Origin: a bacterium
Lineage (GTDB): Archaea > Thermoplasmatota > E2 > JACPAO01 > JAHFTW01
Direction of reading: 5' to 3'
DNA length: 64,000 nucleotides
Assembly (NCBI GenBank): GCA_040390065.1
Contig: JAZJZE010000001.1
Coordinates: 326,718-390,717, forward strand
Part shown: positions 10,030 through 19,176 of the stretch, piece after piece
Layout: each line of letters starts with the position of its first letter
How positions within the stretch are numbered: the stretch's first letter is position 1
Program-made: the position numbers and the translations under genes
The notes under the pieces: model-generated
Seen by the model: the letters and a program-made list of their open reading frames with translations, nothing else
The model's database searches: none
Told to the model about the DNA's origin: nothing

Positions 10030-10428
10030 CTACGACCGGCGTGGCGCCGGGGGCGGGTTCGCCTTGCCGGGGGCTTCCTCGTCGAGGCGGAGATACACGC
10101 GGGAGGCGTTGCCGGTCGCCATGCCGAAGCCGACATCGATGTTCGTCCATTGCCAGGCCAGGTTCTCGCACAGGCCCGCGAGGGACCCTGGCTTCTCGGC
10201 CAAAAGGATCTCCTCCACGGGCATGGACTTGTAGTGGTACGCGGCGGCGTCAAGGGCCTTGCGGGCCGCCGCCTCGTGGGCAGTGAGGAGTTGCACGCCG
10301 CCGCGGTTCGCGACGAATCCCTCGATGTTGACCTTCGCGTCGGCCAGGGTGCGCGCGAGCGTTGCCAAAGCGCCGCGCTCCGGGTTGAGGTGCACGTCGA
10401 GGAGGTGGAACTTGCGCGCCTTGGGCAT
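10030..10428 (-). CDS. ACT-domain-pair protein
   Basis: 'NPERGALATLARTLADAKVNIEG' and 'EKPGSLAGLCENLAWQWTNIDV' are ACT-like repeats. Confidence 0.7.
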   Translation of the reverse strand: MPKARKFHLLDVHLNPERGALATLARTLADAKVNIEGFVANRGGVQLLTAHEAAARKALDAAAYHYKSMPVEEILLAEKPGSLAGLCENLAWQWTNIDVGFGMATGNASRVYLRLDEEAPGKANPPPAPRRS

Positions 10429-10435
10429 GGCCCGG

Positions 10436-12775
10436 TCAAGCCCGTCCGGCGTTAGAGGCTTGCCGGCCCTTCGGGGGGCCTGGCGCGGCCGCGAACAGCC
10501 ACCAGCACGATGGCGACCAGCAGGCCAACCAGGACGAGGGCTGCGCCGCCCAGCACGACCCAGGCGGGGATGCCGGGCGCGGTGGCTGCGGACGTCTCCG
10601 GCACGGCCGCCTCGGGGGGTTCATGTCAGATGCCTTGGGCGCGGTGGCTGACGGTGCCGCCGTCGGAGCGGCGACGGCCACCCAGACGGTTTCGACCGCG
10701 ACGCTGGTGTCCTGGCCGTTGCCGACCTCGAGGGCAAAGCGCAACTGCGTCGCCTGCGACGGAGCGTTGAACGACGGTGTGGCGGAGCTTGCATCGTCCA
10801 GGACGACGGCCGGGCCTTCCCACTGGGTCCAGTGGTACGACGTGGCGCCGGTCGAAGCGCTGCCGTCCAGGGCGATGCGCGAGCCGGCGTCGGCGTTCGC
10901 TTGGCCAACCACCTGGGCCTGCAGCCCGGAGGCGGTCGGCTGGACGGTGACGGCGACGCCGTCGCTGGCGCCGCGCGAGCCATCCTCGATGGCGACTTCG
11001 AGGTAGAACGTCGTCGGTTCCGAGACCGTCGGCGCCTGGAACGTGACGACCGACGTGGTTGCGCCCTGCAAGGCCACGCTAGGGCCCGACGTCTGCGCCC
11101 ACCGGTATGTGACGCCAGACGCTGCGGTCTGCGCGTGCAGGCTGACCGTGCTGCCGGGGTTGACCATGCGGTCGCGGCCCGCGTCGACGGTCAGCGGGGC
11201 CGGAGGCGGCGCGGTCGGCGGCAGGTTGCTGTCAGTTCCCTGCGAACCCGATCCAGACGACGAGCTTGAGGACGAGCCGCCTGCCGAACCGCCGGACCCG
11301 CTTGAGCCGCCATTTCCGTTCGACGGATTCGGAGCTGCCACGTGGATCGTACGGCAGCCCTTCGTGCCGACGAGGCCGAGCCGGTCGTACGGGGTGAGGC
11401 ACGCGGAGAAGGAGCCGGCATTGCCGTAGATGTGCAACGGCCTGGAGTCGTGCGACAACGCGCCGTCACCGAAGTTCCAGTCCCAGGCGGACATGACGTC
11501 CCCTTGGTCCGGGTCCGTCGAGGAGTCGACGAAGGTGACGGTCTGTCCGGCGACGCCGTCGATGGGGTCTGCGGCGAAGAGCCCGGTCGGAGGCCGGTCA
11601 GGTCCGACAGTGAGCTTGAACGGCGTCGATCCCGTGCAGCCCGCGTCGGAGGCCCTCATCTGCATCGGATAGATGCCTGCGGACCCGAGGCCGTCCGTCC
11701 ACTGGAACGCTCCGGTCGCCGGATTGATGGTCGCGCCCGACGGGATGGTGCCGCCGAGCGAGAACGTCATTGCGTCGTTCTCGAAGTCCGTGGCCGTGGC
11801 CGTGAACTGCAGGACTTGGCCTTCGTTGGCGGTGAAATCGCCCAGGGGCGTGACGACGGGACAGCAGTTGGGGTCGCCGATGGAGGTCCACGTCTGGGTT
11901 GCCGTGTCGGTCGCGCCGAGGCTGTCCGTGATGGTGAGGCTCACCGTCTTTGCGCCGGTTGCCGTGTACGTGTGGGTGGTCGTGGCGCCGCTTTGCGCCG
12001 GTGTCGCGTCGCCGAATGTCCAGGAGGAACTGGTGATGCCGGCCTGCGGGTCCGTCGACGTGCTCGTCGCCGTCACGGTCGAGTCCTGGCACGTGCCCGG
12101 CGAGGTCAAGGAGAAGGAGGCCATGGGGCCGCGCTGGGCGCATGACAGTTGCACGTTGTCGATGAGGACGCCCGCATTGTCGCTCGACGCCCCAGGCTCG
12201 GGGAGGTTCTGGAAACCGATGGCGTAGGTGCCTGCCGCGTTGACCTTGAAGGTCGGCGCAAGCGTCACGGTGCCCCACGCGGCTTGGTATGCGATGGGCG
12301 CCGTGGACGTTGCTGCCGGCAAGGGACGGGCGATGGAGGCGACCGGGATGATGTACGCGCGCAGGGTGTCGGTGGGTGAGAAGGCGCGCTGCGTCCCCGC
12401 CTCACTGAAGCTGAGGGTGAACTGGCCCGTCGGGAAGGTCATCGTGTGGTAGAAGAATCCGGCCTGGTTGCTGGAGCCGTCCAAGTCGACGAACTTGCCG
12501 GTCGTCGTCGCGGCGAAGGTCGCCCCTGGCGCAGTGAAGTCCGCATCCGCGGCCAGCGTGTAGAAGTCCACGGAGCCGCTGAAGACCTGCCAGTTGAGCC
12601 ACGAGGTCTTGCCAAGCTCCTTGGTCCCGCTTGCCGGTGTATCGCCTTCGAAGTTGTCGGAAAACGTCGAGAAGCCCATGCAGTCGCCACCGGCCTGCGC
12701 CGCGCTTTCCGTCACGGCAAGTCCCAATCCAAGCATGAGCATGGCCAAGCATACGCTGACCCAACGAGAAACCAC
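10436..12775 (-). CDS. Secreted PKD-domain surface protein (DUF642-like N-domain, PKD, Ig-like); TM anchor lies out of frame
   Basis: Signal peptide; WTFGD/WNFGDG PKD motifs; WTQWEGP stalk domains; alternative frame after the G6 tract at 10614-10619 encodes a TM helix ending at 10452. Confidence 0.85.
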   Translation of the reverse strand: MVSRWVSVCLAMLMLGLGLAVTESAAQAGGDCMGFSTFSDNFEGDTPASGTKELGKTSWLNWQVFSGSVDFYTLAADADFTAPGATFAATTTGKFVDLDGSSNQAGFFYHTMTFPTGQFTLSFSEAGTQRAFSPTDTLRAYIIPVASIARPLPAATSTAPIAYQAAWGTVTLAPTFKVNAAGTYAIGFQNLPEPGASSDNAGVLIDNVQLSCAQRGPMASFSLTSPGTCQDSTVTATSTSTDPQAGITSSSWTFGDATPAQSGATTTHTYTATGAKTVSLTITDSLGATDTATQTWTSIGDPNCCPVVTPLGDFTANEGQVLQFTATATDFENDAMTFSLGGTIPSGATINPATGAFQWTDGLGSAGIYPMQMRASDAGCTGSTPFKLTVGPDRPPTGLFAADPIDGVAGQTVTFVDSSTDPDQGDVMSAWDWNFGDGALSHDSRPLHIYGNAGSFSACLTPYDRLGLVGTKGCRTIHVAAPNPSNGNGGSSGSGGSAGGSSSSSSSGSGSQGTDSNLPPTAPPPAPLTVDAGRDRMVNPGSTVSLHAQTAASGVTYRWAQTSGPSVALQGATTSVVTFQAPTVSEPTTFYLEVAIEDGSRGASDGVAVTVQPTASGLQAQVVGQANADAGSRIALDGSASTGATSYHWTQWEGPAVVLDDASSATPSFNAPSQATQLRFALEVGNGQDTSVAVETVWVAVAAPTAAPSATAPKASDMNPPRRPCRRRPQPPRPASPPGSCWAAQPSSWLACWSPSCWWLFAAAPGPPKGRQASNAGRA

Positions 12776-12908
12776 ATTTTTTCGACACAGACGCAGTACT
12801 AGAGGTTTGGGTTGGTCGGTTGCCTCGTCGGTCTATGGATCGCCCGCCACTTCACCAAGGGCCGGCCAGCGGCGTGGCCGGGTCTGGCGGGGCGCCGTTG
12901 TTGCGAGT

Positions 12909-13382
12909 TCAGTTGTGGCCCTGCGTGCCGGGGCAAGCCCAAAGGACGTTCCAGCCGTATTGGTATAGGAGCAGTTCGCAGACCAGGAGCTGGCCATTCG
13001 ACAGGCCGTTGGTCGTCCAGGTCACCGTTGCGTTGCGGTCGAAGGCCATGCTCGCCGGCCACTGCATGAACGACGCACAGTCCTGCGGCACTTGTTCCTG
13101 GCCGGCTTGGGCGAGGCAGCGGAGCGCGAGGCCCATGGTCGAGCAGGGGGTCGTGACGATAATCCAGCGGCCGTTCTGGGGATCGAAGACGCGGGCGTAG
13201 TGCTCGCCGCCCGAGCCCCCGGTCTGGACGAAATCGGCGCCGGGTGCAGGGTACGGTTGCTCCGCCGGCTGGGTGGTCACGCACTTCGTGTCCGGTGAGC
13301 TGGGCGGTGGCGGTCCAGCCCAGGCGGGCGTGGCGGCGAGCAGGACGATGGCGAGGCTGGCGATTGCATACAGGCGTTTCAT
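12909..13382 (-). CDS. Small secreted Cys-containing protein
   Basis: Signal peptide MKRLYAIASLAIVLLAATPAWA; ATGA overlap with the upstream gene. Confidence 0.7.
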   Translation of the reverse strand: MKRLYAIASLAIVLLAATPAWAGPPPPSSPDTKCVTTQPAEQPYPAPGADFVQTGGSGGEHYARVFDPQNGRWIIVTTPCSTMGLALRCLAQAGQEQVPQDCASFMQWPASMAFDRNATVTWTTNGLSNGQLLVCELLLYQYGWNVLWACPGTQGHN

Positions 13383-14149
13383 GCGTTTTCCTCCGAGACG
13401 AAGATCCAGTGATAATCGGCGTCGACCGAGTAAGCGGCCACGGGCGCCATTCCGGCGGGGGCGGCGGCAACGGTGTTGGGCAAGGTGCCTTGCAGGCTTC
13501 CCGCGAGGCTCACGTCGCCGACCCCTTCGCGCGTGCTGGAGTCGAATGCGCCTGCCAGCCCGAGGCCCTGCCCGTGCATGCGCCAGTCGGCGGACGCCGT
13601 GTTGTGGCGCGCAGTCACGCCGCCCAGTCGCAGGTCGAGACTGCCGCCTGCAGTGTCTTGCACGGACCAATGCGCGAGGGCGCTGTCGGCGCTGCGGTCG
13701 ATGGTGGCTTGCTGGACGTTGAAGCCGAGCTCGCCCCAGCGGGCGGCCAGCAGCGCATTGTCGACGTAGCCTTCGAGCAGGAACAGGTCGGGCGGTCGGC
13801 TAGCGTCTGGCGGCGCGACCACGGCGACGAAGGTCATGACGATCCGCACCGTTTCCAGCACGGTGGCGTTGTCGAGCGCCGCGGATTTGCACTCGCCGAA
13901 CCGGGTCGAGACCGGATACACGTTCTCGGTCGTCGGATCGTAGGAGCGCAAGGAGTAGCCGGGGGGCAGGCGGGAGCGCACCGCGGCCGCGTCGACGGAG
14001 TAGGCGGCGTCGATTGCGGTACATCCCTGCAACCAGAAGTCCGCGCCGCGGCCATGGCAGTCCTCGCAGGCCTGGGCCAGAGGCAGGCGGTCCGGGGGGG
14101 TTGCGCATCCGGCCAGGAGCAGGCAGGCAAGTGCCACGCCCAGTCTCAC
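13379..14149 (-). CDS. Lipoprotein, possibly acetoacetate-decarboxylase-like fold; contains CxxCH
   Basis: Lipobox LAGC; CEDCH; 'VDAAAVRSRLPPGY'; coupled to both neighbours by 4-bp overlaps. Confidence 0.7.
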   Translation of the reverse strand: MRLGVALACLLLAGCATPPDRLPLAQACEDCHGRGADFWLQGCTAIDAAYSVDAAAVRSRLPPGYSLRSYDPTTENVYPVSTRFGECKSAALDNATVLETVRIVMTFVAVVAPPDASRPPDLFLLEGYVDNALLAARWGELGFNVQQATIDRSADSALAHWSVQDTAGGSLDLRLGGVTARHNTASADWRMHGQGLGLAGAFDSSTREGVGDVSLAGSLQGTLPNTVAAAPAGMAPVAAYSVDADYHWIFVSEENA

Positions 14150-15768
14150 GTCGAGGCCTCCGCCGTGGCCTCGCGGGTCGGGGGCGACAGGGTGGGGGCC
14201 GGAATGGCGGCGGGCGAGTCGACGGGCAAGGCCGCCATCCCGGCAGCCACGCGCCAGGCGACGGCACGGCCGTGTGCCACGCGCTCAAGCACGCCTTCCT
14301 CTTCCAGCAGCCGCGCGTGGTACAGGACCAGCGGATGCGACGTCACGGCCAGCCCCTGTTCCGTCCAGCTTTGGCGCAACCCTGCGTAGTCGATGGGCAG
14401 GGCGGATTGTCGCACGCCATTGTAGATGCGGGCCCGGATTGGATTGTGCAGGAGCGCCATGGCTTCGAGGTTGGCGGGCGGCGGATGCGCTCCACCGGCG
14501 TGCAGGAGTTCGGTCATGCCATCGAGCCGGCCGCCGATGGCTTTGGCTCGTTGCAGGACGCGTACATGGAAACGGGTGGTGCTCTTGCTGAGTCCCAGGT
14601 GGCGAGCCATGTCGCCGATGGAGGAGCCTGGCCGGCGCGCGACCTCGCGCAGGATCTCGGCGCGGGCCGGATGCGTGGTGGCGTTGCGGCGGTGCGCCAC
14701 GGCCAGTGCGACGAGGGCGGGGCCGCGCAGGATGAGGGCGCCAAGCCCAACGCCCGCCAGGAGCGTGGCGCCCGTGGCCAGCGCACTGCGGGAACCGAAG
14801 GCTGCGGCGCCGCCGACGCCCAGGTACGTCACGTTGCCAGCAAGGCTCCAATGGGAGGCCGTCTGCTCGTACGAGGCAGCGATGTGGAGGTCGCCGATCG
14901 CCTGGAACATGGCGGTGTCGGCGTCGTAGGATTGCGGTCCGATGTCGACCGCGCCCGTGACGCCCGTGAGCGCCATGTCGCCAACGGCGCGGCCGTCGAG
15001 GCTCGCGACACAGTGCCGCCAGGTGCCGGCAAATGCTGCATTGGCGGCGCCCGCTTTGGCAATCGCGACGACTTCGTGCCGCACGAGGCCGGGGCCGTCG
15101 TGGTTGGTGCCGGTCGTGGCAGCACCGGAAGACCATGCCATGGTCCCGCCGTGCAGAAGGACGGTGAGGCCACCGGAGGCTGATGGGATGGCCGACGGAC
15201 CAAGATCGGCGATGCCGCAGGCCCCGGCCGGCGTCGTCGCGGTGGCGTCGGTGTCTGGCAGGTAGCGGCCCTCCGTGAAGCCGGGCAGCGTGAATGGTTC
15301 GAGGCGCTGGTCGCCTTGGGCCTGCAGGGCGCCGACGTAAGGCGCCGACGACAGGAACGGTACGACGAGAAGGGTCGCAGGCACGGCCGGAGTACCCTGC
15401 GGGAAGAAAGACAGGTTGGGCGCGTCGCCCTCCGCAAGGACGGTTGGTGTCAGGGGTACACTTGTCGACGGCGTCGTCGTCTCCAAGTAGTCGAAGCGCA
15501 CGACGCGATAGTGCCAAGCACCCGATGCATCTAGGGCTTTGAGGCCGTCCCCGGCGCCGAGGAGAAGGCTGGCGCGCAGATGGGCTTCGCCGGAAACCTT
15601 GCCGTGCAGGGTCCACGAACCCGTCGCCACGACTTGGCCCTCCAGGTGCCCCGAATCGGCTGCGGCGGGGACCGGGGCGGCCATCAGGGCGACCACGGCG
15701 AGGCATGCCCCCACGACAGCGAATGCGCCGGTCCGACCGTGCACGAGCTTCCCACCAAATCGAGGCAT
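14146..15768 (-). CDS. Membrane-spanning regulator: signal peptide, extracellular beta domain, TM, tandem winged HTH
   Basis: Signal peptide ending VPAAA-DSG; TM 'ALATGATLLAGVGLGALIL'; 'RAEILREVARRPGSSIGDMARHLGLSKSTTRFHVRVL' plus a second wHTH. Confidence 0.8.
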   Translation of the reverse strand: MPRFGGKLVHGRTGAFAVVGACLAVVALMAAPVPAAADSGHLEGQVVATGSWTLHGKVSGEAHLRASLLLGAGDGLKALDASGAWHYRVVRFDYLETTTPSTSVPLTPTVLAEGDAPNLSFFPQGTPAVPATLLVVPFLSSAPYVGALQAQGDQRLEPFTLPGFTEGRYLPDTDATATTPAGACGIADLGPSAIPSASGGLTVLLHGGTMAWSSGAATTGTNHDGPGLVRHEVVAIAKAGAANAAFAGTWRHCVASLDGRAVGDMALTGVTGAVDIGPQSYDADTAMFQAIGDLHIAASYEQTASHWSLAGNVTYLGVGGAAAFGSRSALATGATLLAGVGLGALILRGPALVALAVAHRRNATTHPARAEILREVARRPGSSIGDMARHLGLSKSTTRFHVRVLQRAKAIGGRLDGMTELLHAGGAHPPPANLEAMALLHNPIRARIYNGVRQSALPIDYAGLRQSWTEQGLAVTSHPLVLYHARLLEEEGVLERVAHGRAVAWRVAAGMAALPVDSPAAIPAPTLSPPTREATAEAST

Positions 15769-16004
15769 TTATCACCTGTGGCGTACGGTTGTTGAACTCG
15801 GCCTCTTTCGGCCCAACGTATCTAGACAATAGTGCCCGGATTGGGCCCGCCCTGCCGTGTTTCGCAGTAGCCGTTCCGTTTCGGGCTTGATGGCCGCGGC
15901 GCATGCCACACTTCCCCGTGGGCCCCGCTTCCCGCTGCCCTTGCAGCTTCGGGCATGGACATGGTCCCGACAAACGTCAAGACCAGGGCCCGAATCGTCA
16001 CCCT

Positions 16005-17837
16005 GTGGCTGTCCGCCTGGTGGTTGCATCCCTCGTCCTCTCGGCGGCCGTCGCGGGCGCTGCCCTTCCGGCCCCATCACCCTCGTTTGCCGGGGGGTCG
16101 GCGTACTCGCTGCACATCGTCTGCCCGACGTCGAGTGCCCTGCAGTTCAGCTCCTACTCGCGACCGACCTGTCCCGTCCGCATGGTGGATACGTCCGAGA
16201 TGCTTGGCGACCCCGCCTTGGCCATCGACCCGATGGACGGCAACAACCTGGCCATGGCGATGATCCACGGTGCGGTCGACGGCGGCGGCCCCACGGTGCG
16301 CAGTCGCATCGGCCTGCCCTTTACGACGTTCACGTCCAACGACGCAGGTGCCACGTGGGACGACGCCTTTTACCAGTCGCCGCAGGACCTCGGCAACGCA
16401 TACGGCGAGCATTCCGCTGCGGCCGTCGACCCGTACGGTCACGTCTACGTCGGTTCCACGTACGCGGTGGGCGAAAGGGGCGGCCCGTTCCGCTACACGA
16501 TCGGCGCGCAGAAGTTCGACAGCGTCGAGCAGGTGCGGCAGAAGCAGACGGGTGCCGACGGCTCGTACAACCTCGTCTACGTCGACCCGGTGTTCAAGGG
16601 CGGGAAGATCCGCCAGACGTGGTTCCTGTTCAACGCGGCCACGGACAACATGACCATGGTGTGGTTCGAGGACCGGGGCAACGCGCCGTCCGGGTCGGCC
16701 ACGGTACCCGGCGACGCCCCGCAGGCGGATGCCGATTCCTTGGATGTCCTTCCCGGCTACGCAGCGCGTCGACTTGCGCCGCCGCCCCACTCGTCACCGC
16801 CAGCCAGCAGCGTGGCGCCGCGTGGAACGATCGGCATCGTGTGGACGGGCGTCGGTGACAACGACACGTATCGCCGCCAACCCGTCGAGTGGTCCATCGG
16901 GCCGTGCAGCGGTGCAACGAATCCGGTGCTCTTCGAAGGCTGGCTGTACGTCGGCTGCCAGGCCGACCCGAAGCAGGGGGCGTTCCCATGGCATCCGGAG
17001 ACCCAGCCGGGCACGGTGGAGCTGTTTCGCATGGACCCCGACGGCGGCAAGCCCGTCTACATGGGGGCCAGTCCCATCGTTGGCGGCGCGCCAAAGCTGG
17101 GCGTGCGTTCGGATGGCCGGCTTGCCCTGTTGTCGGCCGGCGTCTCCTCGGCCAACGGCTTGGACCTCACTGGCGTCTTCGGGCACTACTCCGACGGACG
17201 CATCGACTGGACTGGCGTGCACTCGTACTCGGACGGCGTCACTCCTCTGGCCCGCGATGAACGCATCCTGCGCGCCAACATCCAGGACGTCCTGTACCGC
17301 GAGTACTCGGGCGTCGTGCACCTCATCCTGCGCGAGACCATCGAACCGGTGGGCATCGACGCCGTGCAGAAATCCATCGGCCCCAAGATCCGCAAGTGCT
17401 TCGTCGCCTTGGACGAGGATGGCGTCCTGGCCGTGCACCGACTCGACATCGGCAACGTGCTCAACAAGACGGACCCGTTCCTGAACTCGCAGCCCGAGAT
17501 GGCCTACGAGGACTTGAGCGACGACATCGTGCAACTCCCCGCCGCGCCCTTCACGTACAACGGCAAGGACCTTGGCGACACGTACCAGCGGGAATTCTTC
17601 GCCGTCGGCGACTACGGCGAGGCCATCTTCGCGGAGGTCGTGGAAGTGACCGACCTGCGCTTCGTCCCGCCCGTCCCCGTCATCGCGGCCGCCCCTGGCA
17701 TCCCCGCAGCCGCCGCGTCCGGAACGAGCAGCGCGCTCGGAGCCGTCGTCGGCGTCACCACCGGGGCCCTGCTGTTGGCCATGATCGCGGCGGGCCGAAA
17801 AACGGCGGTCGGCAGCATGGCGAAGATGCGCAAGTGA
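16005..17837 (+). CDS. Secreted BNR/sialidase-like beta-propeller protein with C-terminal TM anchor
   Basis: Signal peptide from GTG 16005 (ORF open from 15903); 'DPALAIDP', Asp-box 'TSNDAGATW'; C-terminal TM plus basic tail. Confidence 0.7.
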   Translation: MAVRLVVASLVLSAAVAGAALPAPSPSFAGGSAYSLHIVCPTSSALQFSSYSRPTCPVRMVDTSEMLGDPALAIDPMDGNNLAMAMIHGAVDGGGPTVRSRIGLPFTTFTSNDAGATWDDAFYQSPQDLGNAYGEHSAAAVDPYGHVYVGSTYAVGERGGPFRYTIGAQKFDSVEQVRQKQTGADGSYNLVYVDPVFKGGKIRQTWFLFNAATDNMTMVWFEDRGNAPSGSATVPGDAPQADADSLDVLPGYAARRLAPPPHSSPPASSVAPRGTIGIVWTGVGDNDTYRRQPVEWSIGPCSGATNPVLFEGWLYVGCQADPKQGAFPWHPETQPGTVELFRMDPDGGKPVYMGASPIVGGAPKLGVRSDGRLALLSAGVSSANGLDLTGVFGHYSDGRIDWTGVHSYSDGVTPLARDERILRANIQDVLYREYSGVVHLILRETIEPVGIDAVQKSIGPKIRKCFVALDEDGVLAVHRLDIGNVLNKTDPFLNSQPEMAYEDLSDDIVQLPAAPFTYNGKDLGDTYQREFFAVGDYGEAIFAEVVEVTDLRFVPPVPVIAAAPGIPAAAASGTSSALGAVVGVTTGALLLAMIAAGRKTAVGSMAKMRK

Positions 17838-17995
17838 GGGGCGTCGGAAGCCGCCGTGGCCATGCGGCGGCTGACGGGCCGCGATGCAACGCAAAGACCA
17901 TGCCATCGAGACATGCAATCGGTGGGCGCCGCCGGACACGCCCCGTGGCGCGAACGGTGAAACAACGCAATCCAGCAACGCCGTCGTCCAGGCGG

Positions 17996-18577
17996 CTAGT
18001 ATCCAACAGCCCCGCCGCGGATCCTGGGCCGTGGTCCGACCGTGTCCTCGCGGGGCGGGCCGCGCCATGTTCGCCAATGGAGCGCCACGTCCGTCGGTGT
18101 GAAGGAAAGACTGACTGTCATGACGAGCGGCGTCTCTTGCGTCCGCTCCATCCAAGCGCGAATCCATTTGGCTTCTGCGACGTCCTGTTTCATGTGCATG
18201 AGGGCACGGCCCCGCCAAACCTTCCATTCGATGACGGCCAACGGAAAATGGGTTGGCGTCCAGCTCGTGCCGCCCGACTCCCATGCGGTGCCATACGGTT
18301 CGGGCCAGATGACCAGGTCCTTCGCGATGGCGGCTTTCCGCTTGCCGTTCGTGGCGACGCCGTTGGGGATGCTGACCTCGATTCCGATCTGGCCGACGTC
18401 CTGCAGCGGGCTCCCGGCATGACCAACCTTGGGCAACAGGTGGCGGAAAACGAAGCGATTGACGGCCTCGCGTTCCCGCCCAACCCATCCGTCGCCCGCG
18501 GCATCCGCCACGAATTCCTGGAGTGCCTCTATGATGACAGTCTGCAGGGTGCGGCAGGATTCGGGGTCGCCCGCCAT
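17996..18577 (-). CDS. Putative PD-(D/E)XK superfamily nuclease
   Basis: ATG 18577, 193 aa; 'IGIEV...KDLVIW...LAVIEWK' fits the E..D..ExK catalytic pattern. Confidence 0.55.
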   Translation of the reverse strand: MAGDPESCRTLQTVIIEALQEFVADAAGDGWVGREREAVNRFVFRHLLPKVGHAGSPLQDVGQIGIEVSIPNGVATNGKRKAAIAKDLVIWPEPYGTAWESGGTSWTPTHFPLAVIEWKVWRGRALMHMKQDVAEAKWIRAWMERTQETPLVMTVSLSFTPTDVALHWRTWRGPPREDTVGPRPRIRGGAVGY

Positions 18578-18657
18578 GGGGGAATGCCCGGGCGTGCTGC
18601 CAGCCACGCTCGGCCAAAGGGGAGCTCCACCATGAGGTTGACGCAACCTCGCGAGCC

Positions 18658-19035
18658 CGCAGCGTTCCTCGCCGCTTCGCGGCATCGGCAAACCTGTCCT
18701 GGCACCTACGACGTGCTCGCTTCGCTCGCGGTCTCAGTGCACAGGACAGGATTTGGCGCTGCGGCCGCGCAGGCGCAGCCGCAGCGTTCCTCGCCGCTTC
18801 GCGGCATCGGCAAACCCTGCCCATGCACCTGTCTGTCGCCGGCGGGCGCTCGGCGCCGCCGATGCGACGCGACTTAGTGCACAGGACAGGATTTGGCGCT
18901 GCGGCCGCGCAGGCGCAGCCGCAGCGTTCCTCGCCGCTTCGCGGCATCGGCAAACCCTGCCCATGCACCTGTCTGTCGCCGGCGGGCGCTAGGCGCCGCC
19001 GATGCGACGCGACTTAGTGCACAGGACAGGATTTG
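18658..19035 (-). repeat. tRNA-Leu 3'-end-derived array: two 140-bp units plus one partial unit
   Basis: agtgcacaggacaggatttg at 18736, 18876 and 19016 (the last is the real tRNA); inverted imperfect copies at 18689-18705, 18811-18828 and 18951-18968; the two full units differ at one base. Confidence 0.95.
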
Positions 19036-19099
19036 AACCTGCGAACCACAAAGGAGAAGGCCCTGAACCTTCCGTCGTTGGCCACTTGACTACCTGTGC
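19018..19099 (-). tRNA. tRNA-Leu(CAG)
   Basis: GCACAGG acceptor stem, GAAGG-TTCAGGG-CCTTC anticodon arm, long variable arm, GGTTCAAATCC T arm, A73; CCA not encoded. Confidence 0.95.
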
Positions 19100-19176
19100 A
19101 TTTGGGGAAAAGGGCCAGCCCTTGCGGAGGGCTGCATCCGGCCGACTTCAGGTTGGCACTTGAGGGTTGCGCCCAG

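Noticed and set aside
12799-12806. Second MITE end (CTAGAGGT)
   Set aside because: Only 8 bp match and no partner inverted repeat nearby
18658-19035. CRISPR array
   Set aside because: Sequences between repeats are near-identical rather than unique spacers, the repeat is a tRNA end, and no cas genes are present
17996-19035. Integrated provirus/ICE bounded by attL/attR
   Set aside because: tRNA-end copies are only 140 bp apart and no integrase or distant att copy is visible in the window
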